From: the human T2T-CHM13v2.0 reference genome, Homo sapiens
NCBI RefSeq assembly: GCF_009914755.1
Contig: NC_060925.1
Strand: one strand, 5' to 3'
DNA: 64,000 nt
Shown here one piece after another: positions 1 through 11,050 of the stretch. Position 1 is the first letter of the stretch. Every line of letters starts with the position of its first letter. The position numbers were made by a program, and so were the translations under genes. Below the pieces are notes generated by a model that was not told the origin of the DNA, did not search any database, and saw only the letters and a program-made list of their open reading frames with translations.

Positions 1-119
1 AGTAACTTCCTTGTGTTGTGTGTATTCAACTCTCAGAGTTGAACGATCCTTTACAGAGAGCAGACTTGAAACACTCTTTTTGTGGAATTTGCAAGTGGAG
101 ATTTCAGCCGCTTTGAGGT

Positions 120-136
120 CAATGGTAGAATAGGAA
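120..136 (-). promoter_or_regulatory. pJalpha-box-like motif of the A-type monomer (one per dimer)
   Basis: CAATGGTAGAATAGGAA here, with common variant CAATGGTAGAAAAGGAA (reverse complement TTCCTTTTCTACCATTG). It sits at the position homologous to the CENP-B box in the alternate monomer. Confidence 0.7.
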
Positions 137-290
137 ATATCTTCCTATAGAAACTAGACAGAATGATTCTCATAAACTCCTTTGGGATGTGTGCGTTCAA
201 CTCACAGAGTTTAACCTTTCTTTTCATAGAGCAGTTAGGAAACACTCTGTTTGTAAAGTCTGCAAGTGGATATTCAGACCTCTTTGAGGC

Positions 291-307
291 CTTCGTTGGA
301 AACGGGA
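291..307 (+). promoter_or_regulatory. CENP-B box (first of about 188 box positions, one per dimer)
   Basis: Exact CTTCGTTGGAAACGGGA, matching the NTTCGNNNNANNCGGGN core. It recurs every ~340 bp (631, 969, 1308 ...). By eye at least 33 copies carry core substitutions. Confidence 0.97.
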
Positions 308-3300
308 TTTCTTCATATTCTGCTAGACAGAAGAATTCTCAGTAACTTCCTTGTGTTGTGTATATTCAACTCACAGAGTTGAACGATCCTTTACACAGAG
401 CAGACTTGAAACACCCTTTTTGTGGAATTTGCAAGTGGAGATTTCAGCCGCTTTGAGGTCAATAGTAGAAAAGGAAATATCTTCGTAGAAAAACTAGACA
501 GAATGATTCTCAGAAACTGCTTTGTGATGTGTGTGTTCAACTCACAGAGTTTAACCTTTCTTTTCATAGAGCAGTTAGTAAACACTCTGTTTATAAAGTC
601 TGCAAGTGGATATTCAGACCCCTTTGAGGCCTTCGTTGGAAACGGGATTTCTTCATATTATGCTAGACAGAAGAATTCTCAGTAACTTCCTTGTGTTGTG
701 TGTATTCAACTGACAGAGTTGAACTTTCATTTAGAGAGAGCAGATTTGAAACACTGTTTTTGTGGAATTTGCAAGTGGAGATTTCAAGCGCTTGGGGCCA
801 AAGGAAGAAAACGAAATATCTTCGTATAAAACTAGACAGAATCATTCTCAGAAACTGCTGCGTGATGTGTGCGTTCAACTCTCAGAGTTTAACTTTTCTT
901 TTCATTCAGCGGTTTGGAAACACTCTGTTTGTAAAGTCTGTACGTGGACATTTTGACCACTTAGAGGCCTTCGTTGGAAACGGGTTTTTTTCATGTAAGG
1001 CTAGACAGAAGAATTCCCAGTAACTTCCTTGTGTTGTGTGCATTCAACTCACAGAGTTGAAAGTTCCCTTAGACAGAGCAGATTCGAAACACTCTATTTG
1101 TGCAATTTGCAAGTGTAGATTTCAAGCGCTTTAAGGTCAATAGCAGAAAAGGAAATATCTTCGTTTGAAAACTAGACAGAATCATTCCCACAAACTGCGT
1201 TGTGATGTGCTCGTTCAACTCACAGAGTTTAACCTTTCTGTTCATAGAGCAGTTAGGAAACACTCTGTTTGTAAAGTCTGTAAGTGGATATTCTGACATC
1301 TTGTGGCCTTCGTTGGAAACGGGATTTCTTCATATTCTGCTAGACAGAAGAATTCTCAGTAACTTCCTTGTGTTGTGTGTATTCAACTCACAGAATTGAA
1401 CGATGCTTTACACAGAGCAGACTTGAAACACTCTTTTTGTGGAATTTGCAAGCGGAGATTTCAGCCGCTTTGGGGTCAATGGTAGAAAAGGAAATACCTT
1501 CGTATAAAGACTAGACAGAATGATTCTCAGAAAATCCTTTGTGATGTGTGCGTTCAACTCACAGAGTTTAACTTTTCTTTTCATAGAGCAGTTAGGAAAC
1601 ACTCTGTTTGTAAAGTCTGCAAGTGGATATTCAGACCTCCTTGAGGCCTTCGTTGGAAACGGGATTTCTTCATATTCTGCTAGACAGAAGAATTCTCAGT
1701 AACTTCCTTGTGTTGTGTGTATTCAACTCACAGAGTTGAACGATCCTTTACAGAGAGCAGACTTGAAACACTCTTTTTGTGGAATTTGCAAGTGGAGATT
1801 TCAGCCGCTTTGAGGTCAACGGTAGAACAAGAAATATCTTCCTATAGAAACTAGACAGAATGATTCTCATAAACTCCTTTGTGATGTGTGCGTTCAACTC
1901 ACAGAGTTTAACATTTCTTTTCATAGAGCAGTTAGGAAACACTCTGTTTGTAAAGTCTGCAAGTGGATATTCACACCTCTTTGAGGCCTTCGTTGGAAAC
2001 GGGATTTCTTCATATTCTGCTAGACAGAAGAATTCTCAGTAACTTCCTTGTGTTGTGTGTATTCAACTCACAGAATTGAACGATCCTTTACACAGAGCAG
2101 ACTTGAAAAACTCTTTTTGTGGAATTTGCAAGTGGAGATTTCAGCCGCTTTGAGGTCAATAATAGAAAAGGAAATATCTTCGTAGAAAAACTAGACAGAA
2201 TGATTCTCAGAAACTCCTTTGTGATGTGTGTGTTCAACTCACAGAGTTTAACCTTTCTTTTCATAGAGCAGTTAGGAAACACTCTGTTTATAAAGTCTGC
2301 AAGTGGATATTCAGACCCCTTTGAGGCCTTCGTTGGAAACGGGATTTCTTCATATTCTGCTAGACAGAAGAATTCTCAGTAACTTCCTTGTGTTGTGTGT
2401 ATTCAACTCACAGAGTTGAACGATCCTTTACACAGAGCAGACTTGAAACACTCATTTTGTGGAATTTGCAAGTGGAGATTTCAGCCGCTTTGAGGTCAAT
2501 GGTAGAAAAGGAAATATCTTCGTATAAAGACTAGACAGAATGATTCTCAGAAACTCCTTTGTGATGTGTGCGTTCAACTCACAGAGTTTAACCTTTCTTT
2601 TCATAGAGCAGTTAGGAAACACTCTGTTTGTAAAGTCTGCAAGTGGATATTCAGACCTCTTTGAGGCCTTCGTTGGAAACGGGATTTCTTCATATTCTGC
2701 TAGACAGAATAATTCTCAGTAACTTCCTTGTGTTGTGTGTATTCAACTCACAGAGTTGAACGATCCTTTACACAGAGCAGACTTGAAACACTCTTTTTGT
2801 GGAATTTGCAAGTGGAGATTTCAGCCGCTTTGTGGTCAATGGTAGAGCAGGAAATATCTTCCTATAGAAACTAGACAGAATGATTCTCATAAACTACTTT
2901 GTGATGTGTGCGTTCAACTCACAGAGTTTAACCTTTGTTTTCATAGAGCAGTTAGGAAACACTCTGTTTGTAAAGTCTGCAAGTGGATATTCAGACCTCT
3001 TTGAGGCCTTCGTTGGAAACGGGATTTCTTCATATTCTGCTAGACAGAAGAATTCTCAGTAACTTCCTTGTGTTGTGTGTATTCAACTCACAGAGTTGAA
3101 CGATCCTTTACACAGAGCAGACTTGAAAAACTCTTTTTGTGGAATTTGCAAGTGGAGATTTCAGCCGCTTTGAGGTCAATAGTAGAAAAGGAAATATCTT
3201 CGTAGAAAAACTAGACAGAATGATTCTCAGAAACTCCTTTGTGATGTGTGTGTTCAACTCACAGAGTTTAACCTTTCGTTTCATAGAGCAGTTAGGAAAC

Positions 3301-3737
3301 ACTCTGTTTATAAAGTCTGCAAGTGGATATTCAGACCCCTTTGAGGCCTTCGTTGGAAACGGGATTTCTTCATATTCTGCTAGACAGAAGAATTCTCAGT
3401 AACTTCCTTGTGTTGTGTGTATTCAACTCACAGAGTTGAACGATCCTTTACACAGAGCAGACTTGAAACACTCTTTTTGTGGAATTTGCAAGTGGAGATT
3501 TCAGCCGCTTTGAGGTCAATAGTAGAAAAGGAAATATCTTCGTAGAAAAACTAGACAGAATGATTCTCAGAAACTCCTTTGTGATGTGTGTGTTCAACTC
3601 ACAGAGTTTAACCTTTCTTTTCATAGAGCAGTTAGTAAACACTCTGTTTGTAAAGTCTGCAAGTGGATATTCAGACCCCTTTGAGGCCTTCGTTGGAAAC
3701 GGGATTTCTTCATATTATGCTAGACAGAAGAATTCTC

Positions 3738-4077
3738 AGTAACTTCCTTGTGTTGTGTGTATTCAACTGACAGAGTTGAACTTTCATTTAGAGAGAGCAG
3801 ATTTGAAACACTGTTTTTGTGGAATTTGCAAGTGGAGATTTCAAGCGCTTTGGGGCCAAAGGCAGAAAACGAAATATCTTCGTATAAAAACTAGACAGAA
3901 TCATTCTCAGAAACTGCTGCGTGATGTGTGCGTTCAACTCTCAGAGTTTAACTTTTCTTTTCATTCAGCAGTTTGCAAACACTCTGTTTGTAAAGTCTGC
4001 ACGTGGACATTTTGACCACTTAGAGGCCTTCGTTGGAAACGGGTTTTTTTCATGTAAGGCTAGACAGAAGATTTCCC
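3738..4077 (+). repeat. Divergent marker dimer 'B' (26 full copies)
   Basis: Diagnostic motifs are AACTGACAGAG, ACTTTCATTTAG, TTTGGGGCCAAAGGCAG, CATTCAGCGGTTTGG, CACGTGG and GGG-T7-CATGTAAGG. Copies start at about 681, 3738, 4757, 6796, 7815, 9174, 10193, 12231, 15290, 17670, 19370, 22090, 24470, 26170, 28890, 34669, 37050, 39430, 41470, 43852, 45547, 48263, 49963, 52683, 55065 and 57787. Confidence 0.9.
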
Positions 4078-4416
4078 AGTAACTTCCTTGTGTTGTGTGC
4101 ATTCAACTCACAGAGTTGAACGTTCCGTTAGACAGAGCAGATTTGAAACACTCTATTTGTGCAATTTGCAAGTGTAGATTTCAAGCGCTTTAAGGTCAAT
4201 GGCAGAAAAGGAAATATCTTCGTTTCAAAACTAGACAGAATCATTCCCACAAACTGCGTTGTGATGTGTTCGTTCAACTCACAGAGTTTAACCTTTCTGT
4301 TCATAGAGCAGTTAGGAAACACTCTGTTTGTAAAGTCTGTAAGTGGATATTCTGACATCTTGTGGCCTTCGTTGGAAACGGGATTTCTTCCTATTCTGCT
4401 AGACAGAAGAATTCTC
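4078..4416 (+). repeat. Divergent marker dimer 'C' (339 bp), normally directly after B
   Basis: Diagnostic motifs are GTGCATTC, GTGCAATTTGCAAGTGTAG, CATTCCCACAAACTGCGTTG and CTGACATCTTGTGGCC, which is 1 bp shorter than the generic CAGACCTCTTTGAGGCC. Confidence 0.9.
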
Positions 4417-6795
4417 AGTAACTTCCTTGTGTTGTGTGTATTCAACTCACAGAGTTGAACGATCCTTTACACAGAGCAGACTTGAAACACTCTTTTTGTG
4501 GAATTTGCAAGTGGAGATTTCAGCCGCTTTGAGGTCAATAGTAGAAAAGGAAATATCTTCGTAGAAAAACTAGACAGAATGATTCTCAGAAACTCCTTTG
4601 TGATGTGTGTGTTCAACTCACAGAGTTTAACCTTTCTTTTCATAGAGCAGTTAGTAAACACTCTGTTTATAAAGTCTGCAAGTGGATATTCAGACCCCTT
4701 TGAGGCCTTCGTTGGAAACGGGATTTCTTCATATTATGCTAGACAGAAGAATTCTCAGTAACTTCCTTGTGTTGTGTGTATTCAACTGACAGAGTTGAAC
4801 TTTCATTTAGAGAGAGCAGATTTGAAACACTGTTTTTGTGGAATTTGCAAGTGGAGATTTCAAGCGCTTTGGGGCCAAAGGCAGAAAACGAAATATCTTC
4901 GTATAAAAACTAGACAGAATCATTCTCAGAAACTGCTGCGTGATGTGTGCGTTCAACTCTCAGACTTTAACTTTTCTTTTCATTCAGCGGTTTGGAAACA
5001 CTGTGTTTGTAAAGTCTGCACGTGGATATTTTGACCACTTAGAGGCCTTCGTTGGAAACAGGTTTTTTTCATGTAAGGCTAGACAGAAGAATTCCCAGTA
5101 ACTTCCTTGTGTTGTGTGCATTCAACTCACAGAGTTGAACGTTCCCTTAGACAGAGCAGATTTGAAACACTCTATTTGTGCAATTTGCAAGTGTAGATTT
5201 CAAGCGCTTTAAGGTCAAAGGCAGAAAAGGAAATATCTTCGTTTCAAAACTAGACAGAATCATTCCCACAAACTGCGTTGTGATGTGCTCGTTCAACTCA
5301 CAGAGTTTAACCTTTCTGTTCATAGAGCAGTTAGGAAACACTCTGTTTGTAAAGTCTGAAAGTGGATATTCTGACATCTTGTGGCCTTCGTTGGAAACGG
5401 GATTTCTTCATATTCTGCTAGACAGAAGAATTCTCAGTAACTTCCTTGTGTTGTGTGTATTCAACTCACAGAGTTGAACGATCCTTTACACAGAGCAGAC
5501 TTGAAACACTCTTTTTGTGGAATTTGCAAGTGGAGATTTCAGCCGCTTTGAGGTCAATGGTAGAAAAGGAAATATCTTCGTATAGAAACAAGACAGAATG
5601 ATTCTCAGAAACTCCTTTGTGATGTGTGCGTTCAACTCACAGAGTTTAACCTTTCTTTTCATAGAGCAGTTAGGAAACACTCTGTTTGTAAAGTCTGCAA
5701 GTGGATATTCAGACCTCCTTGAGGCCTTGGTTGGAAATGGGATTTCTTCATATTCTGCTAGACAGAAGAATTCTCACTAACTTCCTTGTGTTGTGTGTAT
5801 TCAACTCACAGAGTTGAACGATCCTTTACACAGAGGAGACTTGAAACACTCTTTTTGTGGAATTTGCAAGTGGAGATTTCAGCCGCTTTGAGGTCAATGG
5901 TAGAAAAGGAAATATCTTCGTATAAAGACTAGACAGAATGATTCTCAGAAACTCCTTTGTGATGTGTGCGTTCAACTCACAGAGTTTAACTTTTCTTTTC
6001 ATAGAGCAGTTAGGAAACACTCTGTTTGTAACGTCTGAAAGTGGATATTCAGACCTCTTTGTGGCCTTCGTTGGAAACGGGATTTCTTCATATTCTGCTA
6101 GACAGAAGAATTCTCAGTAACTTCCTTGTGTTGTGTGTATTCAACTCTCAGAGTTGAAGGATCCTTTACAGAGAGCAGAGTTGAAACACTCTTTTTGTGG
6201 AATTTGCAAGTGGAGATTTCAGCTGCTTTGAGGTCAACGGTAGAATAGGAAATATCTTCCTATAGAAACTAGACAGAATGATTCTCATAAACTCCTTTGT
6301 GATGTGTGCGTTCAACTCACAGAGTTTAACCTTTCTTTTCATAGAGCAGTTAGGAAACACTCTGTTTGTAAAGTCTGCAAGTGGATATTCAGACCTCTTT
6401 GAGGCCTTCGTTGGAAACTGGATTTCTTCATATTCTGCTAGACAGAAGAATTCTCAGTAACTTCCTTGTGTTTTGTGTATTCAACTCACAGAGTTGAACG
6501 ATCCTTTACACAGAGCAGACTTGAAACACTCTTTTTGTGGAATTTGCAAGTGGAGATTTCAGCCGCTTTGAGGTCAATAGTAGAAAAGGAAATATCTTCG
6601 TAGAAAAACTAGACAGAATGATTCTCAGAAACTCCTTTGTGATGTGTGTGTTCAACTCACAGAGTTTAACCTTTCTTTTCATAGAGCAGTTAGTAAACAC
6701 TCTGTTTATAAAGTCTGCAAGTGGATATTCAGACCCCTTTGAGGCCTTCGTTGGAAACGGGATTTCTTCATATTATGCTAGACAGAAGAATTCTC

Positions 6796-9700
6796 AGTAA
6801 CTTCCTTGTGTTGTGTGTATTCAACTGACAGAGTTGAACTTTCATTTAGAGAGAGCAGATTTGAAACACTGTTTTTGTGGAATTTGCAAGTGGAGATTTC
6901 AAGCGCTTTGGGGCCAAAGGCAGAAAAGGAAATATCTTCGTATAAAAACTAGACAGAATCATTCTCAGAAACTGCTGCGTGATGTGTGCGTTCAACTCTC
7001 AGAGTTTAACTTTTCTTTTCATTCAGCGGTTTGGAAACACTCTGTTTGTAAAGTCTGCACGTGGACATTTTGACCACTTAGAGGCCTTCGTTGGAAACGG
7101 GTTTTTTTCATGTAAGGCTAGACAGAAGAATTCCCAGAAACTTCCTTGTGTTGTGTGCATTCAACTCACAGAGTTGAACGTTCCCTTAGACAGAGCAGAT
7201 TTGAAACACTCTATTTGTGCAATTTGCAAGTGTAGATTTCAAGCGCTTTAAGGTCAATGGCAGAAAAGGAAATATCTTCGTTTCAGAACTAGACAGAATC
7301 ATTCCCACAAACTGCGTTGTGATGTGTTCGTTCAACTCACAGAGTTTAACCTTTCTGTTCATAGAGCAGTTAGGAAACACTCTGTTTGTAAAGTCTGACA
7401 GTGGATATTCTGACATCTTGTGGCCTTCGTTGGAAACAGGATTTCTTCATATTCTGCTAGACAGAAGAATTCTCAGTAACTTCCTTGTGTTGTGTGTATT
7501 CAACTCACAGAATTGAACGATCCTTTACACAGAGCAGACTTGAAACACTCTTTTTGTGGAATTTGCAAGTGGAGATTTCAGCCGCTTTGAGGTCAATCGT
7601 AGAAAAGGAAATATCTTCGTATAGAAACAAGACAGAATGATTCTCAGAAACTCCTTTGTGATGTGTGCGTTCAACTCACAGAGTTTAACCTTTCTTTTCA
7701 TAGAGCAGTTAGGAAACACTCTGTTTGTAAAGTCTGCAAGTGGATATTCAGACCTCCTTGAGGCCTTCGTTGGAAATCGGATTTCTTCATATTCTGCTAG
7801 ACAGAAGAATTCTCAGTAACTTCCTTGTGTTGTGTGTATTCAACTGACAGAGTTGAACTTTCATTTAGAGAGAGCAGATTTGAAACACTGTTTTTGTGGA
7901 ATTTGCAAGTGGAGATTTCAAGCGCTTTGGGGCCAAAGGCAGAAAACGAAATATCTTCGTATAAAAAGTAGACAGAATCATTCTCAGAAACTGCTGCGTG
8001 ATGTGTGCGTTCAACTCTCAGAGTTTAACTTTTCTTTTCATTCAGCGGTTTGGAAACACTCTGTTTGTAAAGTCTGCACGTGGATATTTTGACCACTTAG
8101 AGGCCTTCGTTGGAAACGGGTTTTTTTCATGTAAGGCTAGACAGAAGAATTCCCAGTAACTTCTTTGTATTGTGTGCATTCAACTCACAGAGTTGAACGT
8201 TCCCTTAGACAGACCAGATTTGAAACACTCTATTTGTGCAATTTGCAAGTGTAGATTTCAAGCGCTTTAAGGTCAATGGCAGAAAAGGAAATATCTTCGT
8301 TTCAAAACTAGACAGAATCATTCCCACAAACTGCGTTGTGATGTGTTCGTTCAACTCACAGAGTTTAACCTTTCTGTTCATAGAGCAGTTAGGAAACACT
8401 CTGTTTGTAAAATCTGAAAGTGGATATTCTGACATCTTGTGGCCTTCGTTGGAAACGGGATTTCTTCATATTCTGCTAGACAGAAGAATTCTCAGTAACT
8501 TCCTTGTGTTGTGTGTATTTAACTCACAGAATTGAACGATCCTTTACACAGAGCAGACTTGAAACACTCTTTTTGTGGAATTTGCAAGTGGAGATTTCAG
8601 CCGCTTTGAGGTCAATGGTAGAAAAGGAAATATCTTCGTATAGAAACAAGACAGAATGATTCTCAGAAACTCCTTTGTGATGTGTGCGTTCAACTCACAG
8701 AGTTTAACCTTTCTCTTCATAGAGCCGTTAGGAAACACTCTGTATGTAAAGTCTGCAAGTGGATATTCAGACCTCTTTGAGGCCTTCGTTGGAAACGGGA
8801 TTTCTTCATATTCTGCTAGACAGAAGAATTCTCAGTAACTTCCTTGTGTTGTGTGTATTCAACTCACAGAGTTGAACGATCCTTTACACAGAGCAGACTT
8901 GAAACACTCTTTTTGTGGAATTTGCAAGTGGAGATTTCAGCCGCTTTGAGGTCAATAGTAGAAAAGGAAATATCTTCGTAGAAAAACTAGACAGAATGAT
9001 TCTCAGAAACTGCTTTGTGATGTGTGTATTCAACTCACAGAATTTAACCTTTCTTTTCATAGAGCAGTTACTAAACACTCTGTTTATAAAGTCTGCAAGT
9101 GGATATTCAGACCCCTTTGAGGCCTTCGTTGGAAACGGGATTTCTTCATATTATGCTAGACAGAAGAATTCTCAGTAACTTCCATGTGTTGTGTGTATTC
9201 AACTGACAGAGTTGAACTTTCATTTAGAGAGAGCAGATTTGAAACACTGTTTTTGTGGAATTTGCAAGTGGAGATTTCAAGCGCTTTGGGGCCAAAGGCA
9301 GAAAAGGAAATATCTTCGTATAAAAACTAGACAGAATCATTCTCAGAAACTGCTGCGTGATGTGTGCGTTCAACTCTCAGAGTTTAACTTTTCTTTTCAT
9401 TCAGCGGTTTGGAAACACTCTGTTTGTAAAGTCTGCACGTGGACATTTTGACCACTTAGAGGCCTTCGTTGGAAACGGGTTTTTTTCATGTAAGGCTAGA
9501 CAGAAGAATTCCCAGAAACTTCCTTGTGTTGTGTGCATTCAACTCACAGAGTTGAACGTTCCCTTAGACAGAGCAGATTTGAAACACTCTATTTGTGCAA
9601 TTTGCAAGTGTAGATTTCAAGCGCTTTAAGGTCAATGGCAGAAAAGGAAATATCTTCGTTTCAAAACTAGACAGAATCATTCCCACAAACTGCGTTGTGA

Positions 9701-11050
9701 TGTGTTCGTTCAACTCACAGAGTTTAACCTTTCTGTTCATAGAGCAGTTAGGAAACACTCTGTTTGTAAAGTCTGACAGTGGATATTCTGACATCTTGTG
9801 GCCTTCGTTGGAAACAGGATTTCTTCATATTCTGCTAGACAGAAGAATTCTCAGTAACTTCCTTGTGTTGTGTGTATTCAACTCACAAAATTGAACGATC
9901 CTTTACACAGAGCAGACTTGAAACACTCTTTTTGTGGAATTTGCAAGTGGAGATTTCAGCCGCTTTGAGGTCAATCGTAGAAAAGGAAATATCTTCGTAT
10001 AGAAACAAGACAGAATGATTCTCAGAAACTCCTTTGTGATGTGTGCGTTCAACTCACAGAGTTTAACCTTTCTTTTCATAGAGCAGTTAGGAAACACTCT
10101 GTTTGTAAAGTCTGCAAGTGGATATTCAGACCTCCTTGACGCCTTCGTTGGAAATCGGATTTCTTCATATTCTGCTAGACAGAAGAATTCTCAGTAACTT
10201 CCTTGTGTTGTGTGTATTCAACTGACAGAGTTGAACTTTCATTTAGAGAGAGCAGATTTGAAACACTGTTTTTGTGGAATTTGCAAGTGGAGATTTCAAG
10301 CGCTTTGGGGCCAAAGGCAGAAAACGAAATATCTTCGTATAAAAAGTACACAGAATCATTCTCAGAAACTGCTGCGTGATGTGTGCGTTCAACTCTCAGA
10401 GTTTAACTTTTCTTTTCATTCAGCGGTTTGGAAACACTCTGTTTGTAAAGTCTGCACGTGGATATTTTGACCACTTAGAGGCCTTCGTTGGAAACGGGTT
10501 TTTTTCATGTAAGGCTAGACAGAAGAATTCCCAGTAACTTCTTTGTATTGTGTGCATTCAACTCACAGAGTTGAACGTTCCCTTAGACAGAGCAGATTTG
10601 AAACACTCTATTTGTGCAATTTGCAAGTGTAGATTTCAAGCGCTTTAAGGTCAATGGCAGAAAAGGAAATATCTTCGTTTCAAAACTAGACAGAATCATT
10701 CCCACAAACTGCGTTGTAATGTGTTCGTTCAACTCACAGAGTTTAACCTTTCTGTTCATAGAGCAGTTAGGAAACACTCTGTTTGTAAAATCTGAAAGTG
10801 GATATTCTGACATCTTGTGGCCTTCGTTGGAAACGGGATTTCTTCATATTCTGCTAGACAGAAGAATTCTCAGTAACTTCCTTGTGTTGTGTGTATTTAA
10901 CTCACAGAATTGAACGATCCTTTACACAGAGCAGACTTGAAACACTCTTTTTGTGGAATTTGCAAGTGGAGATTTCAGCCGCTTTGAGGTCAATGGTAGA
11001 AAAGGAAATATCTTCGTATAGAAACAAGACAGAATGATTCTCAGAAACTC
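6796..11050 (+). repeat. 2378-bp (14-monomer) tandem duplication, about 1.8 copies, slightly diverged
   Basis: Private variants are shared at offset 2378: CCCAGAAACTT (~7138/9516), GGAAACAGG (boxes 7425/9803), CAATCGTAG (~7598/9976), GGAAATCGG (boxes 7765/10143), TTCTTTGTAT (8161/10539) and TATTTAAC (~8520/10898). Confidence 0.88.

Larger units (their letters stand above)
1..340 (+). repeat. Representative generic ~340-bp dimer (A-type/pJalpha monomer plus B-type/CENP-B-box monomer)
   Basis: The pJalpha-position motif at 120-136 and the CENP-B box at 291-307 are 171 bp apart. The unit restarts at 341. Confidence 0.95.
3738..4756 (+). repeat. Minimal 6-monomer (1019-bp) HOR unit: B + C + one generic dimer
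   Basis: B-to-B spacing is 1019 bp at 3738-4757, 6796-7815 and 9174-10193. This agrees with the 6-mer HOR described for the chr1/5/19 family. Confidence 0.8.

Noticed and set aside
969-1000. GGG-T7 tract in B dimers as a terminator
   Set aside because: There is no upstream GC-rich stem or transcription unit. It is a variant of the sequence flanking the CENP-B box.
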